Position numbers and translations under genes: made by a program. The notes under the pieces were generated by a model. That model did not search any database. It worked only from the letters and a program-made list of their open reading frames with translations, and was not told the DNA's origin. Positions 44,902-55,952 of a stretch of 64,000 nt of DNA are shown one piece after another. The first letter of the stretch is position 1; every line of letters begins with the position of its first letter. The DNA is from an uncultured virus (IMG/VR IMGVR_UViG_3300047546_000864) (lineage: Duplodnaviria; Heunggongvirae; Uroviricota; Caudoviricetes; Kyanoviridae): positions 1 to 64,000 of the IMG/VR virus record IMGVR_UViG_3300047546_000864, one strand, 5' to 3'.

Positions 44902-47900
44902 TTGCCATTAAACAAATTAGATAATTTTATTAAGAACACTGAGGGTCGCATTCTATATGTAAATCCCAATGATCTAGATGCTACCGACTCAATTACAAAT
45001 CAGGGAAATTCCCTTGCCCGTCCGTTCAAAACGATTCAGAGAGCTCTTATAGAAGCAGCGAGGTTCTCTTACGTTAAGGGTGATAATAACGATTTAGTAG
45101 AAAAAACTACAATTCTGTTATTCCCTGGAGAGCACTTAGTTGATAATAGACCTGGATTTGCGATCTATGATAATGGTGGATCTGCTTATGCAGTTTCCAG
45201 AGCAGGCGGCGCTGGTGTTTTAGCATCCTCAGTATTATCGTTAGGTCTTGATTCTGTTTTTGACCTAACACAAGAAGACAATATTCTTTATAAGTTTAAC
45301 AGTTATTATGGTGGTGTTGTAGTTCCAAGAGGAACTTCTATTGTTGGTCTTGACCTTCGTAAGACAAAAATCAGACCAAAGTACGTACCAAATCCAACAG
45401 ATTCTTCTGTTAGCAAGTCTGCTATCTTCAGAATTACTGGTGCTTGCTATTTCTGGCAGTTCTCAATTTTTGATGGTGATGATAATGGTCTTGTTTATAC
45501 AAACCCTGATAACTTCGGAACTACATATCAATCAATTCCATCATTCTCACACCACAAACTCACTTGTTTTGAATTCTGTGATGGTGTAAACAAGATTGGT
45601 AATTATGGAATTACTGATCTTGATATGTACTATAGCAAGGTCTCTAACGCATATAATGCGATTCGTGATATAGACCAGAAGTTCCCTGTTGATGGGGAAG
45701 GATTTGCAAAGCAACGTTCAGAATGGGAAATTGTTGGTGCTTTTGCTCCAGATCCTATTACAATTTCTTCCATCATTTCTGGAAATGGAAGCACTGCAAG
45801 TGCAGTTGTAACGGTAACAACTTCAGCAAATCACGGATTAAATGCAGGAACTCCAATTAAGATCAGAGGAGTTAGTGGATCTGGTGTAACAGCACCATAT
45901 AATATTTCAACAAAGGTTCAGAATGTACTTAGCGATACATCATTTACCTACTTGCTGCCTGGATTAGCATCTTATCCAAATATCAATCCAAGCCCAAGTG
46001 CTGCATCTGCGACAGTAACAATTGAAACTGATACAGTGTCTGGCGCATCGCCATACATTTTCAATATTTCTATGCGCTCCGTTTGGGGTATGAACGGTCT
46101 TCACGCCGATGGTAGTAAAGCATCTGGATTTAGAAGTACCGTTGTTGCACAGTTTACTGCTGTTTCACTACAAAAAGACGACCGTGCGTTTGTAAAATAT
46201 AACAAGACATCTAGAACTTATCAGGGTGTAAACCCAATCACTCCTGTTTATGGATCCACTCTTACGGAAGGTGCTTCACAGACAGACTCAAATCAAGTCT
46301 ATCACTTAGATCCAGATGCAGTTTATAGATCTGGATGGGAAACAAGTCATATTAAGATCAGTAATGATGCATTCATTCAGATTGTTTCGGTGTTTGCAAT
46401 TGGATTTACAAAACACTTTGATGCAGAAAGTGGTGGAGATGCTTCTATTACCAACTCCAACTCCAACTTTGGTCAGATATCTCTAAACTCTGTAGGATTT
46501 AGAAAGGCGGCATTTGATAAGGACAATAATGCCTTCATTACTGCTGTTATTCCTCCAAGAGCAGTTAATACTACTAATGAAGATAATATTGAATGGTTAT
46601 CTTTAGATGTAGGTCTTACTACTTCTGTCGGTATTTCAAGTCATTTATACATAGCTGGATTTACAGCATCAGATAGTGCTCCTTCTTCTCAAACACAGGG
46701 ATATAGAATTGGTGCTAGATTAAATGATAAACTATATTTTGTTGGTGCAGGAAGCACATTCTCAGCTGATATCTATATGTGCGATAATATTATCGCAAGC
46801 AGTGGATTTACAACAGCGATTGGAACAATTAGTGCTATTAAGTCATACACAGTATCTTCATTAACATCTAGTGTCTTTACTCTTGGAAATCACAAGATTC
46901 AGACTGGAGAAAGAGTTATTCTCATAAGTGATGATGGAGATTATCCAGAGAATATTGAACCACATCGTATCTATTATGCTGTTCGTACTAGTGCGACTGA
47001 AATCAAACTTGCTACTTCATATACTAACTCAATCTCCAATCAGACTCTTACAGTCTATGGTGGAACCAGCCTTAGCATTTTAAGCAGAGTATCTGATAAA
47101 GAATCTGGAGACATTGGATCACCAGTACAATATGATCCAGTTAGATCAAACTGGTTTATTCACACTAATGCAAATAACCAAATTTATAATGCATTTGCGT
47201 CTGGTGGAACAGAAACTTATGGAACTACAACAGATCTTATCTATGTAAAGAGAATTTCTGACGAAAGAAGTTTGGATGAAAAACTCTACAAGATGAGAGT
47301 TGTAATTCCAAAAGAACTTGTAAACGCAAAAGATCCTGAGACTGGATTTATTATTCAAACTTCAAGTTCAACTGGTGCTAGAAATAATGCTGATTTCACA
47401 AGAGTAAGCATTGCGACCACTGATTATGGATACAATAAGAATCCAAGATTCATTAGCACTTGCTCTGTAGCTTCAAATACAGTAACCGTTATTTCTGAAC
47501 TCCCACATAATCTTCAAACTGGAGATCTTGTAGCGATTAAGAGTGTTAAGAGTACAACCAATACAACTGGTGAGAATAATCTTGGATATAATGGTGTATT
47601 CCAGGTTTCTGTTTCTGATGATGTAACATTTAAGTATTCTACAACTGACGTTTTTGGAGTTGCACATACTCCAGGAACATTCACTAGTGATGTAAATGTT
47701 AGAGACATTGATCTACCAAGATTTGAAAGAAATGATATGCAGGGTAACCTGTATGTTTATAGAAATGAGATTATTTCTCCATATGTTTATAATGTTCAGG
47801 ATGGTATTTACCACCTATATGTTCTTGATGCAAACAATGCAATACCATCAGAATTTACAAATCTTAAGTTCAGTCAGTCACCTGTAGATCTTTATCCTCA

Positions 47901-50589
47901 GCTGGATAGAGATAATGTAGACGCAAACCCAAGAGCTGCGAAGTCCTTTGCGAAGCGTTCTCCAATTGGTGATGTTATAACAAACGATCTGAAGAAGAGT
48001 ATTACAAGAGAAGCATCCGACTTGATGCTGAAGAATATTGGTATTGGTCTTACAATATCTTCAGTTGTATCTAACAGTGGAATTGCAACGATCACCTTTG
48101 GAAGAAATCACGGTCTTGCAGGAATCGCAACATATAGTTCACTGACTGGTGGAACTGGACATACAAATGGAACGTTCTACAATGTTAAACTTTATAATGA
48201 AGCAGGACTTGTAAACTGGGATGGTGCTACTGCTAAGGTTGTAGTTTCTGGTGGATCTGTTGTTGGTGTTGATATTCAAGCAGGTGGTTCTGGATATGTA
48301 AGCGGAGAGACTCTGTACTTTGATACTGCTAAGATTGGTGGAACTGCAGATGCATCTATTGCAATTAACAATGCAGGTATTTCTACAAATATTGGTGATG
48401 TAATTCAATTTACTGGTGCTGGAACAACCGCTGACGGATATTACAGAATCACTTCAGTTGGATCTGCAACAACTATTTCAGTTGCTAAGACTTCTGGAGA
48501 TCCAACGATTCTCAGCAGTCAGTATGGATTCTTAGTCGGACCTTCAGTTTTAATTACTGGAACTTCTTACGGTTCAGCAACAGGAATTTCCACATTTACT
48601 ACATCAGATGCTCACGGATTGGTTGCTGGTAACCAGTTTAGAGTCATTGATTCTAGCAATAATAATCTTGGAGATTACTTAGTCTATGAAAGAGTTGGCG
48701 TAAACACATTCAGTGCGATAACCAACCAATCAATTTCGGCAACAAACGGTTATATCCTGAAGCACGGTTTATCAGCAAACCAGGGCATTTCTGATGCAAA
48801 TGGAGAGAATATCGGGACAAGATCTGTTCCATTCTATGCTAGTGAAACATTTACACTCTCTGCTTCAATTACAACTGAGTCAACATTCGCAATTGCTGGT
48901 GTAGGTGCTACATCAAACAGATTGCCTCTTGGATCTTATATCCAAATTGATAATGAGATTATGAGAGTGACGACCAGTGATAATGCTGCTCAGATTAGCG
49001 TTATTCGTGGTGCTCTCGGTACACGTCAAGAAAATCACGATGGTGGATCACTAATTCGTAAGATTGATCCAGTCGCTATTGAATTCCGTAGACCATCTAT
49101 TCTTCGTGCTTCTGGACACACATTTGAATATCTTGGATATGGTCCTGGTAACTATTCAACTGGTTTACCACAGATTCAAGTCAAGACTCTCACCGAAAGA
49201 GAGGACTTCCTAGCACAATCTCAGGAACGTTCTGGTGGTGTTGTTGTCTACACTGCTATGAATAGTGATGGTGATGTATTCAATGGAAATACAAAAACTT
49301 CTGCAGCAAGTGGAGAAACTGTTTCCTACGATATTCCAAATCCAACCATCACTGGTGAAGATCCTTCAAGACTCAGTGTAGTATATGATGAGGTTACAAT
49401 TAAGGAAAGACTTCTTGTTGAGGGTGGTGATTCTGGACAAGTTCTTTCTCAGTTTGATGGTCCTGTAACCTTCAACAAAGATCTTAGAATTAAAGCACAA
49501 TCTACTTTTAGTGGAAAAGTAAGATTTACTAACACAGCATCAGATTCTATCAATATTTTTGGTGGAACAAATGCCTTTAATAATGTAAACATCAAAGGAA
49601 CTAATAAGATAATCTTTGGTGATAGTGTTAATCTATCAATCTACACTAATGGTACTGGTAGCTTTGTTGATAACGCTGTTGGAAACCTTTCCCTGAGAAC
49701 AACCAGTGGTTCTATTACTCTAGAATCAATAGGTGGAGAAATACTAAGTAAGTTTAGTGTAGATGGATCTTCTGAACTCTATCATAATAATTCTAAGAAA
49801 ATTGAAACAACATCAACTGGTGCTATTGTTACTGGTGTTACTACTACAACAGATCTAAGTGTTTCAAATAATGCTTCAATTTCTGGAATTGCTACAATTG
49901 GTCAAATTTTCTCTCAGAGCATTGCACCAATTGGATCTGTTGTAATGTGGGCTGGAAATGTGACCAGTGTTCCAACTGGATGGTTACTATGTAATGGATC
50001 TGCTGTTTCTAGAACTACATTTAGTGCTCTATTTGCAATCACCGGAACAACTTTTGGTGCTGGAAACGGATCAACAACCTTCAACCTTCCAAATCTAACT
50101 GATAGATTCATTATTGGATCAAGTGCAAACGGTGGAACAACTGTTACAGGAGCTGTAACTAGAACGGGTGGTACAAAGGATGCTGTAGTTGTCTCTCACA
50201 ACCATACAGGAACAACTGATGGTAATAATAGAGGACATAACCACGGAATCAGTGGAGATGGAAACCATAACCACCTTGTTGTTAACAGTGGTGAAAGATC
50301 TGATACAAATAGATTTACTAATTTAGTTGATAATGGTGGGGTTCCATTCTTATTAAGAACTGCGATACTCAATAACAATAATGATTATAGATATGCCCTT
50401 AAAGGTACAGGAAATGGACCAGATGCTGGTAGAAGTAATGACGCAGGATCCCACTCTCACGGTGGAGGAACTGGTGGAGAGAGTCAAAACCATACACATA
50501 CCTTCACAACCGCCGATAAGGGAGTTTCTGGAACTGATGCAAACCTACCTCCATATATTGCTCTTGGATACATTATTCGTTATGCGTGA
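44902..50589 (+). CDS. Very large virion structural (baseplate/fibre) protein with C-terminal tail-collar domain
   Basis: N-terminal GNSLARPFKTIQRA; C-terminal PIGSVVMWAG..PTGWLLCNG.AVSRT..ALF..GTTFG.GNGSTTFNLP and NLPPY.AL.YI; TTG start. Confidence 0.8.
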   Translation: MPLNKLDNFIKNTEGRILYVNPNDLDATDSITNQGNSLARPFKTIQRALIEAARFSYVKGDNNDLVEKTTILLFPGEHLVDNRPGFAIYDNGGSAYAVSRAGGAGVLASSVLSLGLDSVFDLTQEDNILYKFNSYYGGVVVPRGTSIVGLDLRKTKIRPKYVPNPTDSSVSKSAIFRITGACYFWQFSIFDGDDNGLVYTNPDNFGTTYQSIPSFSHHKLTCFEFCDGVNKIGNYGITDLDMYYSKVSNAYNAIRDIDQKFPVDGEGFAKQRSEWEIVGAFAPDPITISSIISGNGSTASAVVTVTTSANHGLNAGTPIKIRGVSGSGVTAPYNISTKVQNVLSDTSFTYLLPGLASYPNINPSPSAASATVTIETDTVSGASPYIFNISMRSVWGMNGLHADGSKASGFRSTVVAQFTAVSLQKDDRAFVKYNKTSRTYQGVNPITPVYGSTLTEGASQTDSNQVYHLDPDAVYRSGWETSHIKISNDAFIQIVSVFAIGFTKHFDAESGGDASITNSNSNFGQISLNSVGFRKAAFDKDNNAFITAVIPPRAVNTTNEDNIEWLSLDVGLTTSVGISSHLYIAGFTASDSAPSSQTQGYRIGARLNDKLYFVGAGSTFSADIYMCDNIIASSGFTTAIGTISAIKSYTVSSLTSSVFTLGNHKIQTGERVILISDDGDYPENIEPHRIYYAVRTSATEIKLATSYTNSISNQTLTVYGGTSLSILSRVSDKESGDIGSPVQYDPVRSNWFIHTNANNQIYNAFASGGTETYGTTTDLIYVKRISDERSLDEKLYKMRVVIPKELVNAKDPETGFIIQTSSSTGARNNADFTRVSIATTDYGYNKNPRFISTCSVASNTVTVISELPHNLQTGDLVAIKSVKSTTNTTGENNLGYNGVFQVSVSDDVTFKYSTTDVFGVAHTPGTFTSDVNVRDIDLPRFERNDMQGNLYVYRNEIISPYVYNVQDGIYHLYVLDANNAIPSEFTNLKFSQSPVDLYPQLDRDNVDANPRAAKSFAKRSPIGDVITNDLKKSITREASDLMLKNIGIGLTISSVVSNSGIATITFGRNHGLAGIATYSSLTGGTGHTNGTFYNVKLYNEAGLVNWDGATAKVVVSGGSVVGVDIQAGGSGYVSGETLYFDTAKIGGTADASIAINNAGISTNIGDVIQFTGAGTTADGYYRITSVGSATTISVAKTSGDPTILSSQYGFLVGPSVLITGTSYGSATGISTFTTSDAHGLVAGNQFRVIDSSNNNLGDYLVYERVGVNTFSAITNQSISATNGYILKHGLSANQGISDANGENIGTRSVPFYASETFTLSASITTESTFAIAGVGATSNRLPLGSYIQIDNEIMRVTTSDNAAQISVIRGALGTRQENHDGGSLIRKIDPVAIEFRRPSILRASGHTFEYLGYGPGNYSTGLPQIQVKTLTEREDFLAQSQERSGGVVVYTAMNSDGDVFNGNTKTSAASGETVSYDIPNPTITGEDPSRLSVVYDEVTIKERLLVEGGDSGQVLSQFDGPVTFNKDLRIKAQSTFSGKVRFTNTASDSINIFGGTNAFNNVNIKGTNKIIFGDSVNLSIYTNGTGSFVDNAVGNLSLRTTSGSITLESIGGEILSKFSVDGSSELYHNNSKKIETTSTGAIVTGVTTTTDLSVSNNASISGIATIGQIFSQSIAPIGSVVMWAGNVTSVPTGWLLCNGSAVSRTTFSALFAITGTTFGAGNGSTTFNLPNLTDRFIIGSSANGGTTVTGAVTRTGGTKDAVVVSHNHTGTTDGNNRGHNHGISGDGNHNHLVVNSGERSDTNRFTNLVDNGGVPFLLRTAILNNNNDYRYALKGTGNGPDAGRSNDAGSHSHGGGTGGESQNHTHTFTTADKGVSGTDANLPPYIALGYIIRYA

Positions 50590-50625
50590 TTTTAAAAATA
50601 AATACTTCAAATAAAGCAGCTACAA

Positions 50626-52344
50626 ATGGCAAATTATAGAAAGTCATTTAATCTTAGGAATGGTGTTCAGGTTGATGATGATAATTTTATTGTAAATTCA
50701 AATGGTTTGGTTGGTGTTGGAACTTCCTCACCAACTGAACTATTAGATATTAGAGGAACGGCAAAGGTTGTTGGTCTTATTACTGCATCAAGTGCTACAA
50801 TCTCTAATTTACTTGTAACTGGAATTGGAACATTTGTCTCTCTGACTGATGGAACAGTTAGAATTAGTTCAGGTATTATTACATCATCAGTTGGTGTAGC
50901 GACTTTCTATGGTGATGGATCTGGTCTTATTAATATTCCAACATCACAATGGGTTGATGTTAATACTGGAATAGGAATAACAAGCATTTATGCCGCAGGT
51001 GCTGTTGGAGTAGCAACAAACTATCCTTACTACTATTTCCAAATTGGTGGAAATCCAGACGCTGCTTCTGGTGTTGGATTTAATTCAACTGGTGACGCTA
51101 AAATTACTGGTATTGTTACAGCAAATGCTTTTGTTGGTGATGGTGGAAACATCACTGCTTTAAATGCTAGCAATATCATTACAGGAACATTAGATACTGC
51201 AAGACTCCCATCAAATATTGTTGTATCTGGTATCGTTACTGCAGGATCATTTGTTGGTAATCTAACTGGAACTGCTTCCACTGCGAGTGGAATTACAACG
51301 ACTGCATTTATTTCTGTATCTGGTGCTTCCATTGGAGTTGCAACAGTTACGAACAATATAAATGTAAATGGAAAAATTGGATTAGGAACAGATAATCCAG
51401 TTACTCAAGTAGAAATCAGACAGTCTGGAATATCTTCAATTCATATTAGAAGTACAAGTAATGAAGCAAGTGTTTCCGTAGCTAGATCTGATAGTTCTGG
51501 TAAGGGATTAGGTAAAATAAGATTTGGAAATGCTAACCTATCTTACAATTACAGTACAGATCAATCTCTTGATATCATAAACTATGATGATGGTAATATT
51601 AACTCTTATCTACAATATGGAAGTGCTGGTGTAGGTACAGGAAACTTCAATTGGATTTATGGGCAGAATCCAAATACATCATTAATGACTCTGACTTATG
51701 ATGGTAAATTAGGAATCAATCAGGCAAATCCAACTAATACACTTCACGTTGTTGGAACATCTACCGTAACTGGAAATTCATTTGTTGGTGGTTCTTCAAC
51801 AATCTCAGGTAATTTGAATATTGGTGGAACACTCTCAGTTACTGGAGCATTTTCACTTAATTCTCAACTAGTTGGAACTTTAGGAGTATCTACCAGCAGT
51901 TTACCAACAACTTATAATCTTCAGGTTGGTGCTAATCCAGATTCTGGATCAAATGGTGTTGGTATTAGTTCCTTAGGAAATCTAAGAGTAAGTGGTATTG
52001 TTACTGCTGCTACAGTTTCAGCAACAACGGTTTCAGCAACTACAGTTTCGGCAACAAACGTTAGCGTCAGTTCAACAATTACTGCGAATAATTTTGGAAA
52101 TGGATCTGGAGCTGTAAATGTAGCTGGTGTTACTGCAGTATCAATAGCTTCATCAACGTTATCTCTTACAGATGCACTTGATTTAAGTTCTATTACTACT
52201 TCGGCATTCTATCCACCAATCATGACAACTGCAGAAAGAGATACTTATACCTCAGGAGGAATTACAGCTGGAGCAGTCATTTATAACTCAAGTTTAAATA
52301 GACACCAGGGATATGATGGTACAAACTGGAATAGCTTCTGGTAA
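50626..52344 (+). CDS. Tail fibre-like structural protein
   Basis: VGVGTSSP/IGLGTDNP repeats, SGIVTA motifs, C-terminal GA.IYN...QGYDGTNW; AATAAATA upstream. Confidence 0.75.
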   Translation: MANYRKSFNLRNGVQVDDDNFIVNSNGLVGVGTSSPTELLDIRGTAKVVGLITASSATISNLLVTGIGTFVSLTDGTVRISSGIITSSVGVATFYGDGSGLINIPTSQWVDVNTGIGITSIYAAGAVGVATNYPYYYFQIGGNPDAASGVGFNSTGDAKITGIVTANAFVGDGGNITALNASNIITGTLDTARLPSNIVVSGIVTAGSFVGNLTGTASTASGITTTAFISVSGASIGVATVTNNINVNGKIGLGTDNPVTQVEIRQSGISSIHIRSTSNEASVSVARSDSSGKGLGKIRFGNANLSYNYSTDQSLDIINYDDGNINSYLQYGSAGVGTGNFNWIYGQNPNTSLMTLTYDGKLGINQANPTNTLHVVGTSTVTGNSFVGGSSTISGNLNIGGTLSVTGAFSLNSQLVGTLGVSTSSLPTTYNLQVGANPDSGSNGVGISSLGNLRVSGIVTAATVSATTVSATTVSATNVSVSSTITANNFGNGSGAVNVAGVTAVSIASSTLSLTDALDLSSITTSAFYPPIMTTAERDTYTSGGITAGAVIYNSSLNRHQGYDGTNWNSFW

Positions 52345-52347
52345 CAC

Positions 52348-52376
52348 TTGACTCATACTCATAATACTGCTAGACT
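52348..52376 (+). promoter_or_regulatory. Sigma70-type promoter
   Basis: TTGACT-N17-TAGACT. Confidence 0.55.
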
Positions 52377-52416
52377 ACCTTTGTCTGGGTTGAAGATGGG
52401 AGTCTGAGCTTCTATA

Positions 52417-52471
52417 GGACACTTTGAGAACCGCCCACTGGGTCGCACCAGGGGCGGTTTTCTGCTATAAT
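52417..52471 (+). promoter_or_regulatory. Repeated early-promoter cassette, copy 1
   Basis: GGACACTTTGAGAACCG, GC-rich hairpin, TGC-TATAAT. Confidence 0.65.
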
Positions 52472-52484
52472 AGTTTCATACGCG

Positions 52485-53720
52485 ATGGGACCTGTGATTC
52501 AACTCCGACCTCACCAGCAACGTGCCCTTGACGCCCTTGCTAAGTACCTGAAGGGTCAAGTGATTATCCCTACTGGTGGTGGTAAGACCCTTGTGGGCAT
52601 CTGTGATGCAATGCGTGAGTTTCTGAAAGAGACTCCTCAGACGATTGTAGTTGTTGCTCCCCGCATTCTGCTTGCCGAGCAACTGTCTTCTGAGTATCTT
52701 GAGTTTATCACCAATGCTCAGGTGCTGCACGTCCACAGTGGTGAAACGCATCACCAAAGCACGACTCGCCCGAATGAGATCCGTAACTGGGTCGATCAAA
52801 CTCGCGGCAACAAACTAATCTTTACCACCTACAACTCCCTGCAACGTCTTCAGCAGGCAGATATTCACGTCAACACCATTTACTTTGATGAAGCGCACAA
52901 TTCGGTTCAGCGTAACTTTTTTCCAGCAACCGAGCACTTTGCTGCTACTGCTGACCGCTGCTATTTCTTCACTGCTACTCCTAAGCATTCTGCTACTATT
53001 TCCAAACCTGGGATGAACGATGGTGCTGTCTACGGGCAGGTCATCTGCAACGTTCCCGCTCCCGAACTGGTGGAGGGTGGTTTCATCGTTCCTCCTAAGG
53101 TTGTGGTGCAGCAGTTTGAGATGCTCTCTAAGGGTCAGATCGTTGCTGATGTTGACTGTGAGAACCTGATTCAGACTATTGATGCTCAGGAAGTGGGCAA
53201 GGTTCTTGTTTGCTCCAAGGCAACCAAACAGATTCAGAATCTGGTTTCCCAGACTGATTTCTGCAAGCAACTGGAGGATCGTGGTTTCTCTTGGATGTAT
53301 ATTACTTCTAAGACTGGTGCCGTGATTGATGGTCAGAAGGTTAACCGTGAGGTTTTCTTTGATACCCTGAGTGCCTGGGGTAAGGACAACGACAAGAAAT
53401 TCGTTGTGCTTCACCACAGCATTCTCTCTGAGGGAATCAACGTTTCTGGTCTGGAAGCGGTGCTGTTTATGCGCTCTATGGACTACATCGGGATCTCTCA
53501 GACCATCGGGCGCGTGATCCGCCTGCACAAGGACGACGCAGAGGCGCTCAGGAGCGGCAGGATTGCCCCTGGTGCCCTTGGAGACTACACCAAGTCCTTT
53601 GGACTGGTCTGCATCCCTGTGTACTCTTCTGTGGGCATCAGCACCGCTAAAAAGGTGCAGGCGGTGGTGGACACCGTGTTCGAGCAGGGTCAGCCCGCCA
53701 TCAGTGTTGTAAAACGCTGA
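52485..53720 (+). CDS. Superfamily 2 helicase (ResIII/DEAH-like)
   Basis: LRPHQ, PTGGGKT, FDEAH, FTATP, ILSEGINV, QTIGRVIR. Confidence 0.9.
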   Translation: MGPVIQLRPHQQRALDALAKYLKGQVIIPTGGGKTLVGICDAMREFLKETPQTIVVVAPRILLAEQLSSEYLEFITNAQVLHVHSGETHHQSTTRPNEIRNWVDQTRGNKLIFTTYNSLQRLQQADIHVNTIYFDEAHNSVQRNFFPATEHFAATADRCYFFTATPKHSATISKPGMNDGAVYGQVICNVPAPELVEGGFIVPPKVVVQQFEMLSKGQIVADVDCENLIQTIDAQEVGKVLVCSKATKQIQNLVSQTDFCKQLEDRGFSWMYITSKTGAVIDGQKVNREVFFDTLSAWGKDNDKKFVVLHHSILSEGINVSGLEAVLFMRSMDYIGISQTIGRVIRLHKDDAEALRSGRIAPGALGDYTKSFGLVCIPVYSSVGISTAKKVQAVVDTVFEQGQPAISVVKR

Positions 53721-53760
53721 GTTTTCTGCTACAATATCCAAACACACAAGGAGAAATCCA

Positions 53761-53904
53761 ATGCGCTGCAAAGTCCAACTCTACGTCGCTGGTAAGGTCT
53801 TTTATGAGGAAGTGGAAGCACGGGACTATCAGGATGCTAGGAAAACTGCTCTCGCCCGCAATCCAAGTGCTAAGGTCATTTCTGTGAACGCTGTGATGAA
53901 ATGA
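53761..53904 (+). CDS. Small hypothetical protein (47 aa)
   Basis: Read by hand: MRCKVQLYVAGKVFYEEVEARDYQDARKTALARNPSAKV; RBS AAGGAG. Confidence 0.7.
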   Translation: MRCKVQLYVAGKVFYEEVEARDYQDARKTALARNPSAKVISVNAVMK

Positions 53905-55883
53905 ACGTTCAAAACGAAGGTATTTTGAATGCAAAACCAGGCAATCCAAATGGTTATGTGACTAAAGATGGTATGTGGGCTGCTGTTCCGTTTGGTAAAA
54001 AGTTTATGATTCTTCACAACGGGCAGCAGGTTCATACTGCAAACAATTACAATTCTGCTAGGTCTTACATTGCAAAAGAGGTTAAATCCTCAAAGAAAAA
54101 GAAAACTGCTACCCTAGAGGCATTCATTCATTAAAAAATTATAAACACAGTTAAATAATAGAAGAATAGGAAAAAACCTATGGTTGTTCTACTTGCATCA
54201 ACCATTATCTCCTGCAGCGATGCATTGAATATTATTCATCGCGTCACAAAAATTGTCGGATTGACCGAATCTCAAAAAACTGAGATTGTTCGGGAGATTC
54301 GTAAAGTTATCCCCTCTTGCCCTGTTAGAGTAACCAAAGATGACCCAAGAAGACCAAGTAGATAAGTGGAATCGTGGTTTGACCTTGTTTGAAGAGAGTG
54401 TATTGAAACCTGATGCTGAGCTTCGCAATTGTGCTCATAATCAGAAATGTTACAATGAACTCATGGCAGTGCGTGAGAATGTGCTAGAATACCTCAAAAC
54501 TCTAAGACAATGAGTGTATCATACATTTACTTTGTTATATTTTTTTGTATTGCTTACCTGATTATTACAGATCAATCAGTAGCGAGGGCATTTTATATGC
54601 TGTCTCAACTTGCACAAGTTCAATACGAAAAAACAAAGTGGTGGATACTTCACAACCCTGCAAATCCAATTGTAAAGTATTTGATATGGCGTAGGTCTAT
54701 GAAACTCGCAAAAGAGTTAATGGACGAATATCAAAATAAATAATCTTATATCTGGTAATACATATGCTCTCTACACAATATCGCCTGCGTCTTGAAGCAA
54801 TCTGCGAAAAGATTGTAAAAGGTGAAGAGGTGAGTTTAGAAGATATGATTTGGGCAGAAAAACTTGCAAAATCAAACCGCTCTGCCGCCACAATACTCCG
54901 TCAGGCAAGGAGAAAAGCAGAAAATCCTGATATGGATGAGATGGATGACTTTCTCAACCAATTAGATCTTGGTGGAATGGGTCACGAAAGATTTGGTAAA
55001 AGATGTTTTGAAAGTGTAGATGATATGATAGACTGGTGGACAGAAGACAAACCAGATGATTGGAGACAGCGTGACTGAAACATTCAAACAAACATCAGAC
55101 AAACTGTATGACCGACATATCTACAAGTTGGTCTATAGTAATGGGCAAGAAGTGATTTACGATAACTATCAGGATGTGCAGGAGTCTTGGTGGAACACTC
55201 CATCAGACTTTGTGAGTCATATTGAAGTTCTGGATAAAAAAGACAAAAAAGGATTTGGTTGATTATGAAAATCTTTCAAGTTGCAAAATGGGGTGTGAGA
55301 GAAGATTATGGTAAAGAGTGGTATCTAGCACTTTTTCTTACAGAACGATACTCACTTCTTCAGGTTGCAATTGATTATGGTGAGTATGGGAAGTGGATTG
55401 AGTTTCCTTATCTTCAAATCTCTATGGGATATGGTAAGTTGTTCTCCTGCTTATTTTCTATTGGTAGGGTAGGTTTCACTTTTGATATTGCTGGTAGAAA
55501 CTGGCGGGATGAATTGTTCTATGTCCAAAAAGATGAACTGGTTTGAGTATTACATTGGTCACTGCTTTCAAACAGGGTGGCGTGAGATGTGGAATAATTT
55601 CAAGATGTGGAGAGACCTCATCAGTGGAAATTATGCAGATTATGCCCTACTTCCAACCGATGACCCTTATGAAGAATGTTATCAATGGTTCTGGACAAGT
55701 ATCAACCTTGATGAGACTTATCCAAAAGAGTTTCTTGAACATCTGATGGAAATGTGTGATAGAATTGATAGAGGAGAAGAGAAACTCATTCCATTAGATG
55801 AAGATTTCTTTGAACGAATAAAAGAACTCACTGATGGAATTGATGTGGATTTAGATGAAGAACTACCCGACGAGGACACTTGA
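53901..55883 (+). other. Run of small overlapping hypothetical ORFs (53901-54134, 54180-54365, 54340-54513, 54510-54743, 54764-55078, ~55071-55262, ~55265-55546, ~55533-55883)
   Basis: Tightly packed plus-strand ORFs with overlapping starts and stops; no recognisable function. Confidence 0.6.
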
Positions 55884-55931
55884 AGAACCGTCACAAGGGC
55901 ACTTGATTTCAGGTGCCCTTTCTGGTATTAT
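55874..55931 (+). promoter_or_regulatory. Repeated early-promoter cassette, copy 2
   Basis: GGACACTTGAAGAACCG, hairpin AAGGGCAC../..GTGCCCTT containing TTGATT-N17-TATTAT. Confidence 0.7.
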
Positions 55932-55952
55932 ACTCTCATAAGCAACAAACCA

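Noticed and set aside
52815..53771. 318-aa minus-strand ORF
   Set aside because: Antisense shadow of the GC-richer helicase gene, with no recognisable motifs. The same applies to 28042-28635 opposite gp32.
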